Shown in pieces: positions 19,271-27,475 of a DNA stretch of 64,000 nt. Below the pieces are notes generated by a model, which was given only the letters and a program-made list of their open reading frames with translations, did no database searches and had not been told where the DNA came from. Location of the stretch: positions 8,350-72,349 of the forward strand of contig CALDRG010000064.1 in NCBI GenBank assembly GCA_937911265.1. The letters are read 5' to 3'. The first letter of the stretch is position 1. Every line of letters begins with the position of its first letter. A program made the position numbers and the translations under genes. This stretch comes from an uncultured euryarchaeote. GTDB taxonomy: Archaea; Thermoplasmatota; Poseidoniia; Poseidoniales; Thalassarchaeaceae.

Positions 19271-20220
19271 TGCGGATAGCCATCCTCGGCGTTGGCTCGA
19301 TAGGTGGAGTCCTTCTGGGTGCCTTGTCCGACACCGACGCCGAACTGGTGGCTGTAGCCCGAGGAGAGAACTCTAGGATACTGTCACAGATGGGATTGGT
19401 TCTGCACACACCAGAAGGCCCGATTGAAGTGATTCCTCCCGAGCGTTTTGTCACTGTGGACAGCGAAGCTGGCCCACTGCCCACGGATCTACTAGGGTCG
19501 TGCGATGCCGCGCTCATTTGTGGCAAGGCCGACTCAACCCCTATACTTGCGCAAATTGCTGAGGAGTTGCTTAGTGAGGAGGGCATCGCCGCCAGCCTAC
19601 AGAACGGCATGGGGCACGCCGAGACCCTCGCTCACAGGCTGAGTAGAGCCAGAACTCTCGGGGGGACGACCACTCACGGAGCCTGGCGCAGTGAGGCCGG
19701 GACCCACTGGGTCGGCCGTGGCAACATCAGGTTGGGAAGATTCGACAACTCCCCTCCCGAAGGGGCCGCAGCGATGCTGATGACCAAATTGGACGAGGCT
19801 CACCTCGAACCCGATTGGTCGGAAAATATCCAGCGCACTATCTGGACGAAGATCTTACTCAATGTTGCTATTAATCCAGTGTGCTCGATAGCTGGCGTGC
19901 GCAACGGAGCGCTGCTTGAGGTACCCGAGCTCTGGGATCAGGCGTTCTCCGCGATGTTAGAGGCAGCAACGGTTGCCGCCGCCAGCGGAGTTGACCTCTC
20001 AGATCTCGACCTTGAGGGCACTCTGCGCACTGTAGCAGGGGCGACTGCACAGAACCGTTGCTCGATGTTGCAGGACGTGATGGCAGGACGTCAAACGGAG
20101 ATCGACGAGCTGTGCGGGGCAGTAGTATCGCTGGGAGAGTCAGTCGGCGTCCCTACTCCAAGGAACGCCATGCTCCACGCACTGGTCCGGGGCATTCATA
20201 TCTCATCCAGTTTCGAGTAA
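19270..20220 (+). CDS. panE: 2-dehydropantoate 2-reductase (ketopantoate reductase)
   Basis: MRIAILGVGSIGG Rossmann N-terminus, QNG, TKILLNV, CSMLQD...GRQTEID motifs; start taken at the internal ATG overlapping the upstream stop (TAATG). Confidence 0.85.
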   Translation: MRIAILGVGSIGGVLLGALSDTDAELVAVARGENSRILSQMGLVLHTPEGPIEVIPPERFVTVDSEAGPLPTDLLGSCDAALICGKADSTPILAQIAEELLSEEGIAASLQNGMGHAETLAHRLSRARTLGGTTTHGAWRSEAGTHWVGRGNIRLGRFDNSPPEGAAAMLMTKLDEAHLEPDWSENIQRTIWTKILLNVAINPVCSIAGVRNGALLEVPELWDQAFSAMLEAATVAAASGVDLSDLDLEGTLRTVAGATAQNRCSMLQDVMAGRQTEIDELCGAVVSLGESVGVPTPRNAMLHALVRGIHISSSFE

Positions 20221-20352
20221 CTCCGTCGGCGGTTTTTCGACCCATTCGTAATCGTTGTGCTGCTCGCATGGGCGCCTCAACGTTCATTAGCAGACAGAGG
20301 GGGAGCGCGTAAATGTCGTCGACGATTTTTCGTACGGTGATAAGGTGAGGGG

Positions 20353-23300
20353 ATGCATCTACTTCGAATGGAACTTGAGAACTTCAAATCATTCGGTGGA
20401 GAAATCACGATTCCGCTTGAAGAGGGATTTACAGCGATAACCGGGCCGAACGGCTCGGGCAAGTCGAACACCTTGGATGCTCTTGAGTTTGTTCTCGGTC
20501 CAAAGTCCACGAAGTCATTGAGGGCAGCCAACGTAACCCAGTTGATATTCAATGGTGGTAAACGAGGCAGGCCCGCCAAACACATGTCGGCCAGCCTAGT
20601 ATTCAGCAACACTCCCGAGCCCGGCAGCCGCAGGAGACTGAGGATCGATACCGACGAGGTCCGATTCACTAGGGCCGTCAGGCTAGGTAGGAAGGGAGCT
20701 CCAATCTCTTCCTACCGAATCAACGACGAACCTTCCTCGGCAACCGAAATGCGTCGGGTCCTAGCCGAGGCGGGCCTGCGGGCTGGTGGCTACAACATCG
20801 TGAAGCAGGGCGATGTCACTAGCCTCGCCACGATGACCCCTCACAAGAGAAGAGGGATTCTCGAGGACGTCGCTGGCGTCACCGCCTACGACGATGAGAT
20901 CCGCCGAGCCAACACCCAGCGCAAACATGTCGAGAACAATATCGAGACCATCGACCTGTTTGAGATCGAACAGAAGAAGCGCCTCAAGGACCTCGGTAAG
21001 GAACGCGAGCAGGCGCTCAAGTTCAAAGATATCAAGGAGGAGTTGGACACGGCTAGGACCTCGCTGCATCAGTCGAGGCACAGGAACCGCTCGGACGAGG
21101 TACATCTGTTAGGAGAGGAACGCTCTCGCTACCGAGATGATATCGATACCATCGGTGGCAGAGTCACCGAGGGCAACAGAGGACTACTCGCGCTCGACGA
21201 GGAGCTGGTGAAGGTAGATTCCGACATCAACGAGATTGCTGGTGGTGAAGCCCGAGACCTGTTCGAGCAGATTCGCCAGTACCAGATCGACATTGAGACC
21301 GGAGGCGATAGGATTGGCGATCAGCGCAGCATTATCGAGGATGCCGAAGAGGAGGCCGAGGAGTTCCGTGCAGAGCTACAGGGAGCCCAGTCGGCCCACG
21401 AACAGGCCGAAGACGCACTTACGAACGCCAGCCAAGACCTCGAAGAGGCCAAGGAGTCACTCAAGAGCGCCTCCGAGGACGAGCGGGATGCAAGGGATGC
21501 GATTGAGTCCGGAGATAAGGCAGGTCGAGGACTCAAGCGAATCCTCGGTCAAGCCACCGAAGCCGTGGACGAGGCCCATACGATTCATGCTGAGGCTAGA
21601 CTGAACGCCGATTTGGCTGAACAGACCTCCCAGATAGCCTCGAGCAAACTGGCTGACCTCGAAGAGGAGTTTGAGGAAGCCACGATGGTTCGCGACGACC
21701 TCGAACTGGTCGGCGAAGACCTGCAGAGCGACCAACCTACAACTGACCGCAGTTCTCTGGCTGAAGAGCTCCGCCGAATGCAGAGGCAGGAAGCCGAGCT
21801 GGCAGGAGACAGGGACCGCTCGGAGATTAGAGTCAGGGATGCCGAGAGAGATTTGAACAAGGCCAGAGCGCGCCAGGAGGGTCGCGCCAACAACCATGGC
21901 TCAGCAGTGACGCTGGCAGCACTCGTCAAACTCCGCCAGAGCGGCGATGTGAAAGGGATACTCGGCTCTCTTGGAGAGCTCACTGCACCGAAGGACCCGT
22001 CACACGAGGAAGCGCTGGCCAACGCCTTCGGAGCCGGACTTAGGAGCATCGTCGTCACAGATGACGATGTCGCAGCCAAGTGTATTTCTTGGCTAAGGCA
22101 GAATGGAGGCGGCAGAGCCACATTCCTACCTCTCAACAAACTCAGCACCAGTCGCCCAGGGGGGCGCTCCCTGATTGTCGCAAACAATCCCGGAGTTGTC
22201 GGTTTTACTCACGATCTGTTGGAGTACGACTCGGAGATTGAAACTGCTGTCAGGTACGCCGGGCGTAACACACTCCTAGTCGACACAATGGAAGTAGCTC
22301 GACGTAACATGGGCGGCGTTAGGCTGGTCACTCTCGATGGCTCGATAATCGAGAGTTCTGGAGCGATGACCGGGGGCTCAGCCCTCAAGTCTAATCGAAA
22401 CGCATTCGGAGGTGGCTCGATCTCGTCGAGCCTAGACAGACTGGAAGCAGCGGTCGAGGAGGCCAATCTCATCTATTCCACTGTCGAGGCCGCTCTCAGG
22501 GAGTTGCGAGGAAATCAGCAGAACCTGCGCGACAGGATACACGGCCTTGATGATGGCGACCACTCGCTACAGTTGCGCAATTGGAAGGCGGACATCGAGC
22601 GGGCCCAGAGGGATGTCGACGATATCCGCAAGAAGGTGGTAGCATCTAATGGTGAGTTCAAGCGTTACGAGGTGGCCCAAGCCACTGCTAGTTCTGCGGC
22701 CGATGAGGCTAGGGAAAATTACGAGTCTGCAGTCGCCGATAGGGCCGCAGCCGCTCAGGCCTTGCAGGACCACGCCCCCGATCACCTATCGCAGAAGCTC
22801 CGAGAGGCAGAGCGAACAATGACCGAGGCCGAGCGTACTCGGCTAGCCTCTGAATCAGCAATTTCCAATGGTAACGAGCGCTTGCAAATCCTATCCGGGC
22901 GCGTCGCGGACATCCAGCGTCAAATTGACAAGAAGCTCAAGGCCATGTCTGAGGCAGAGTCAAAGATCTCCGAGTTGGGGAAGGCTATTGTTGAGGCCAA
23001 GAACAACCTTGAGGACCTCAGGGAGCAGGCTTCCCAGTTCGATGAGGAGCAGCAGGCGCTCAAGGAAAGGAGGGACGAGATTGTCGACGAGCGAGCAAGT
23101 CTGCGAGCATCAGTTGAGACCCTGTCTCAGAAGAAGGAGATCCTAACGTCTCGTATTGATGACCTGAATATCCAAATCCAGCAGAAGCGCGAAGCGGTTG
23201 ACGAGATAGTCGCCGAACTTGAGGGCGCCGGGATAGCAATCCCGTTGCCAGAAGCGCATCTGCCGACTGTGGCCGAGGCGGAGAAGAGCGTGCAGGGGCT

Positions 23301-24273
23301 CGAGCGCCGCCTCGGTCATCTCGGCGATGTGAACATGCTCGCCATAGAGCAGTACGACAGCACTGCCGAACGCATCGCCGGGCTGGTGGAGGACGGCAAG
23401 TTGCTACGCAGCCGGCGCAAACATCTCGTCTCGATAGCCGTGCAACTTGAGGACGAACGCAAGACTAGGCTGATGGCTGTATTCAATCACGTCAACAGCA
23501 ACTTCTCGAGAGTCTACAAGATACTGCAGCCGGCAGGTAGCGGAAAACTCCAGATGGAGAATCCGAAGAATCCCTTCGATGGCGGTTTGGAGATGCAGTG
23601 TGTTCCTCCGGGCAAGAGCAAGAATACCCGTCGTAGCCAGTTGTCCGGCGGCGAGAAGTCGATGGCCGCACTAGCTCTGATATTCGCCATCCAAGACTAC
23701 GAGCCCAGTCCGTTCTACTACCTTGACGAAGTCGACCAGAACCTCGACCCATTCAACGCCGAGCGCATCGCGACCCTGTGCAGGATGCGCAGTCAGCGAG
23801 CACAGTTCCTCATGGTGACGCTGCGCAAGGTCAGCCTCACTCTCGCTGATCATCACATCGGCGTCACCCACGCCGGTGATGGGCGCAGTCGCCTAATCAC
23901 CGACTTCGACAGGGCAGCTGCCCTCGAGATGGGAGAGGAATTTGAGGCCGAGAACAACGCCCAGGCGTTGGCCAAGGCCGAGCGCGAGGCGATGCCCGAA
24001 CTGCCAGACCCGGAAGACATGCCTCGAGCTCCCGAGTCACTTGGCACCCCGAAGAGCCTGGGCGGCGTTGCCGAACGAGCTGGTGTGGATATCGAAGCCA
24101 CTGGGGCTGAGGAAAAGATCGAGGCAGAAGGTGGCACAATCGAATCTCTGCGTGATCGTACTGAGGACTGGACCGAGGATATAGAGGAGCGCGAAGAGAT
24201 TGAGCAGAATCTTGTAGAATCGGAGAACGAAGATGAGACTGATACAGAGGCTGAGCAGAAGGAGGCGGAATGA
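20353..24273 (+). CDS. smc: Chromosome segregation protein SMC
   Basis: 1306 aa; N-terminal Walker A GPNGSGKSN, long coiled coils, hinge, C-terminal signature LSGGEKS and Walker B YYLDEVD. Confidence 0.95.
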   Translation: MHLLRMELENFKSFGGEITIPLEEGFTAITGPNGSGKSNTLDALEFVLGPKSTKSLRAANVTQLIFNGGKRGRPAKHMSASLVFSNTPEPGSRRRLRIDTDEVRFTRAVRLGRKGAPISSYRINDEPSSATEMRRVLAEAGLRAGGYNIVKQGDVTSLATMTPHKRRGILEDVAGVTAYDDEIRRANTQRKHVENNIETIDLFEIEQKKRLKDLGKEREQALKFKDIKEELDTARTSLHQSRHRNRSDEVHLLGEERSRYRDDIDTIGGRVTEGNRGLLALDEELVKVDSDINEIAGGEARDLFEQIRQYQIDIETGGDRIGDQRSIIEDAEEEAEEFRAELQGAQSAHEQAEDALTNASQDLEEAKESLKSASEDERDARDAIESGDKAGRGLKRILGQATEAVDEAHTIHAEARLNADLAEQTSQIASSKLADLEEEFEEATMVRDDLELVGEDLQSDQPTTDRSSLAEELRRMQRQEAELAGDRDRSEIRVRDAERDLNKARARQEGRANNHGSAVTLAALVKLRQSGDVKGILGSLGELTAPKDPSHEEALANAFGAGLRSIVVTDDDVAAKCISWLRQNGGGRATFLPLNKLSTSRPGGRSLIVANNPGVVGFTHDLLEYDSEIETAVRYAGRNTLLVDTMEVARRNMGGVRLVTLDGSIIESSGAMTGGSALKSNRNAFGGGSISSSLDRLEAAVEEANLIYSTVEAALRELRGNQQNLRDRIHGLDDGDHSLQLRNWKADIERAQRDVDDIRKKVVASNGEFKRYEVAQATASSAADEARENYESAVADRAAAAQALQDHAPDHLSQKLREAERTMTEAERTRLASESAISNGNERLQILSGRVADIQRQIDKKLKAMSEAESKISELGKAIVEAKNNLEDLREQASQFDEEQQALKERRDEIVDERASLRASVETLSQKKEILTSRIDDLNIQIQQKREAVDEIVAELEGAGIAIPLPEAHLPTVAEAEKSVQGLERRLGHLGDVNMLAIEQYDSTAERIAGLVEDGKLLRSRRKHLVSIAVQLEDERKTRLMAVFNHVNSNFSRVYKILQPAGSGKLQMENPKNPFDGGLEMQCVPPGKSKNTRRSQLSGGEKSMAALALIFAIQDYEPSPFYYLDEVDQNLDPFNAERIATLCRMRSQRAQFLMVTLRKVSLTLADHHIGVTHAGDGRSRLITDFDRAAALEMGEEFEAENNAQALAKAEREAMPELPDPEDMPRAPESLGTPKSLGGVAERAGVDIEATGAEEKIEAEGGTIESLRDRTEDWTEDIEEREEIEQNLVESENEDETDTEAEQKEAE

Positions 24274-25280
24274 TGACGGTGTTCGATGGCCAGACCATGC
24301 GCGACGACATCGTAGCGAGGATGCTGGGCAGCGATGCCGACCTCGAGACCAGTAGATATCTAGACAGACTGGTCGAACTCGCAACCCTCGAGGAGGCCGA
24401 GCATCAGTTCCTGATTGATCCATTTGACCGCTCGGTGGCGCTCGTTCTGCAACTGTTCCAGTCTAGCGACCTCGATCCGTGGGATGTCGACCTCAGCTCT
24501 TTCCTTGAGATGTTCAACGAGAGGATCAAAGAGTCCGAGAACATCGACCTGCCGACCTGTGGTAGGCTTGTCAGGATGGCTTGGTGCATCCTGCGAGGAC
24601 AGGCCTCTACTCTGTTGGAGAGGCAGGAGCATGCCTTCGACTTCGAAGAAGAAGAAGTCTGGGACTTCGACGGAGGCTGGGAGTCAGAGTTCGATGACGC
24701 CGACTACAATTTCTCTCTTGGAGTCCTGACCGGTGCGGCCGACGAGGCCCTGCCTCAGATGTTCGAAGGCAGGATACACCGCGACGAGAGCCGGCCAGTT
24801 ACTCTCGGCGAACTCCTGATGGGGCTGCAGGATGCAGGCAGACTCGCAGCCGAACAGCGTCTGCGTGAGGAGATAGCCAAGGAGCGCCGCGAGGCTAACA
24901 CCCGTGCTAGGGAGAGATTCAGTGGTAGCCTCCATATCGAGGACCTTGAGGGCGATCTACAGCGGACCTGGGAGTCTCTGAAGATACGATCTAGGGGGGC
25001 TGGAAAACCCATCGGACTGGGGGATTTAGTTGATGACATTTCCTCAAAGTCGGTTGAATCTGGAATACCGAAGGAGGAAGCTGAGATCGAGGCACAGGTG
25101 ACAGCACTGGTCTCGGCGCTGTTCCTGACGAACAGAGGTTATGTCGATTTGAAACAGGAGAATGGACGTAATGGCAAAATCACTCTCAAAGACCTGTGGA
25201 CAGAGGATGAGGATTTCTCAACTCTCTCTCAGAAACTCCACCCCAAGCCTATGATAGCGGAGGTCATCGCAGATGTCTGA
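24270..25280 (+). CDS. scpA: Segregation and condensation protein A (kleisin)
   Basis: Start overlaps smc stop; ScpA-like N-terminus (DLDPWDVDLSSF) and downstream position. Confidence 0.75.
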   Translation: MMTVFDGQTMRDDIVARMLGSDADLETSRYLDRLVELATLEEAEHQFLIDPFDRSVALVLQLFQSSDLDPWDVDLSSFLEMFNERIKESENIDLPTCGRLVRMAWCILRGQASTLLERQEHAFDFEEEEVWDFDGGWESEFDDADYNFSLGVLTGAADEALPQMFEGRIHRDESRPVTLGELLMGLQDAGRLAAEQRLREEIAKERREANTRARERFSGSLHIEDLEGDLQRTWESLKIRSRGAGKPIGLGDLVDDISSKSVESGIPKEEAEIEAQVTALVSALFLTNRGYVDLKQENGRNGKITLKDLWTEDEDFSTLSQKLHPKPMIAEVIADV

Positions 25281-25896
25281 GACGCCCCTTTCCACTATAC
25301 TCGAGGCGATACTGTTCGGCGCTGGCCGCTCGATGTCGGTCGAGGAGCTGTCCGAACTGCTCGAGAAACCGCGGGGCGAGGTTCAGTCAGCCTTGCGCGA
25401 GCTACAGGCCACTATTCGTCGGCGCCGCGACTCGGCGCTTCAACTCACTGACATCGCCGGTCGATGGATTTTCGAGGTTAGACCAACCCTGTCTCCTCAT
25501 CTGCCTGAGTCGTTCCGCGCCGACATCCCACAGAGGCTACTACCAGCAGCCGCATTGGTGGCCTATCATCAGCCGATGGCCCAGTCGCAGTTGGTGGATA
25601 TGCTGGGACAGAGGGCGTACGACCACGTTCGTGACCTCGCTAAAATGGGACTAATCGACCGCAGGAGGGACGGTCTGACTAGGCGCCTCACTACTACCCG
25701 CCGGTTCGCTGAATACTTTGGATGCCCCGAAGTGGAGTACCGCAAGGTCAGGACGTGGTTTAGGGAAGAGGCATCCAAGATGGGCCTGACGAGTGCTCAG
25801 TTAGCCGCTTCACTGGCTCCCGAGGAGCAACTGACGATCAACGAGTTCTCCGATGATGTCACAGTTACGGAAGAGCCTCTAGAGGCTGAGGAGTGA
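25273..25896 (+). CDS. scpB: Segregation and condensation protein B
   Basis: ILEAILFGAGRSMSVEELSELL ScpB winged-helix N-terminus; translationally coupled to scpA. Confidence 0.8.
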   Translation: MSETPLSTILEAILFGAGRSMSVEELSELLEKPRGEVQSALRELQATIRRRRDSALQLTDIAGRWIFEVRPTLSPHLPESFRADIPQRLLPAAALVAYHQPMAQSQLVDMLGQRAYDHVRDLAKMGLIDRRRDGLTRRLTTTRRFAEYFGCPEVEYRKVRTWFREEASKMGLTSAQLAASLAPEEQLTINEFSDDVTVTEEPLEAEE

Positions 25897-25897
25897 A

Positions 25898-27253
25898 TCA
25901 CTCCGCCCTCAGATTCTCCAGTTCCTCTTCGACAGCCTTCTGGGTGATTCTGTCGCCTTGCTCTCGTAGTCGGACTGCGACGATATCAATCTCTGATCCC
26001 TCTGCACCAGCAGTCACTGCCATGTTCCGGACATGGAGCTTCATGTGTCCGGCTTGGATACCTACTGTCGCCAACGCCCTCAGGGCACCGAGGTTCTGGG
26101 CCAACCCCGCTGCCGCCATCACCTTGGCGAGCTCGTCGGCGGAAGTGATTCCGAGCAGAGCCACGTTGGCTTGCGCTGCAGGGTGCACTCTCACTGCACC
26201 TCCCACTAGCCCCACAGCCATCGGTAGTTCAATCGAGCCCACTAGATTGCCTTCGCCATCCTTCTCCCAGTGAGTCAGCGAGCCATAGGTCCTCTCGTGT
26301 GCGGCGAAACTGTGAGCACCGGACTCCACAGCCCGCCAGTCCTGTCCACAGGCGAGGGCTATGGGAGATATCGCATTCATGATGCCCTTGTTGTGAGTAG
26401 TGGCGCGAAACGGGTCGGCTTTGGCGAAGTGATATGCTTGCAGTATTCCCTCTATGACTTCGGAGCCCTGCTCCGCATTGCCCTTGTCCGACAATTCCTC
26501 AGGGCTGAATACAGCACTCACCCTAGCCAGTCTGTGCACGGCAAGATTGCTGATTATGCGCAGTATAACTGTCCCACCTGTCATACTCTCTATCTTTGGG
26601 GCGATGGTCTCGGCCATGGTGTTGACAGCGTTTGCACCCATGGCGTCTCTACAGTCCACCAGGATGTGGACAATGACCATCGGTCCGGAGTCAGTTTCTA
26701 TTATTCTGACTTGAATATCCCGACATCCGCCACCGAATTTGACTAGAATCGGGTCGACAGCATTGCAAGATTCGACTAATTCGGCGCTTTTTCCTAGGAT
26801 TGAAGCCTTTGCAACTTCTGGATCATCGCAACCCACAACTTGGATTTGCCCAATCATCACTGGATCATCGTTGTCAGAGGTGAATCCACCATTGGCATGG
26901 CACCTCTTTGCCATATTGCTGGCGGCAGCCACCACACTTGGTTCCTCAAGGACGAATGGTATCAGATAGTGCTCACCATCGATGATGAAGTTGGTAGCGA
27001 CTCCGATGGGCAGCGAGTATGTCCCGATTACATTCTCAATCATCCTATCTGCTGAATCTTCGGAAAGCTCACCTGAAGAGGACCATGCCTCTACTTGCTC
27101 TGGTGTGAGTTTGGCTGTGTGAGCCAGCACCTCCCTGCGTTCTGAAACAGAGAGCTTGTAGAATCCTTCGAGTCGGCTGCTGTCGACGGGCATCTGTATC
27201 AGTTGAAGCCCGGAGTAATTGGCTTCTAACTGTTTGCGATTGACCTTGTTCAT
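25898..27253 (-). CDS. mvaA: Hydroxymethylglutaryl-CoA reductase, class II (NADPH/NADH)
   Basis: ENVIGTYSLPIGVATNFIIDGEHYLIPFVLEEPSVVAAAS and DAMGANAVNT, characteristic of class II HMGR. Confidence 0.9.
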   Translation of the reverse strand: MNKVNRKQLEANYSGLQLIQMPVDSSRLEGFYKLSVSERREVLAHTAKLTPEQVEAWSSSGELSEDSADRMIENVIGTYSLPIGVATNFIIDGEHYLIPFVLEEPSVVAAASNMAKRCHANGGFTSDNDDPVMIGQIQVVGCDDPEVAKASILGKSAELVESCNAVDPILVKFGGGCRDIQVRIIETDSGPMVIVHILVDCRDAMGANAVNTMAETIAPKIESMTGGTVILRIISNLAVHRLARVSAVFSPEELSDKGNAEQGSEVIEGILQAYHFAKADPFRATTHNKGIMNAISPIALACGQDWRAVESGAHSFAAHERTYGSLTHWEKDGEGNLVGSIELPMAVGLVGGAVRVHPAAQANVALLGITSADELAKVMAAAGLAQNLGALRALATVGIQAGHMKLHVRNMAVTAGAEGSEIDIVAVRLREQGDRITQKAVEEELENLRAE

Positions 27254-27294
27254 GTTCGCGATTTAGCAGTATAGTTCAGAAAACACTTCCTAAA

Positions 27295-27467
27295 AATGCG
27301 TTAATCTACCCATTAACGGGTTGTTAACGCATCAATAAAGCGTTAGTGAAGCGTTAACATCGAATTGTCACATTCGTAGCACTGGGTGAAAAGGGCCCAA
27401 CTAAATCCTCTCGGAAAAACGCGAGAATGCGTTAAATCACCATATGAGAAGCGTGAGGATGCGTGAA
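27295..27467. repeat. Array of at least 6 (A/T)(A/T)GCGTTAA motifs in both orientations in the divergent mvaA / orc1-like intergenic region
   Basis: ATGCGTTAA at 27295 and 27426; inverted copy TTAACGCAT at 27323; AAGCGTTAG at 27338; AAGCGTTAA at 27348; degenerate AAGCGTGAGG and ATGCGTGAAT at 27448-27467; 37-bp dyad ATGCGTTAA...TTAACGCAT at 27295-27331. Confidence 0.8.
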
Positions 27468-27475
27468 TATTAAGA

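Noticed and set aside
21585-22187. 200-aa antisense ORF inside smc, and similar long antisense ORFs inside atpA (13643-14398), atpB/atpA (14522-15163), the S2P-like gene (18565-19233), the Orc1-like gene (28078-28590) and gyrB (41975-42496)
   Set aside because: All are embedded antisense in confidently assigned genes. They are Ser/Arg/Ala-rich, as expected from high-GC antisense frames, and have no recognisable domains.
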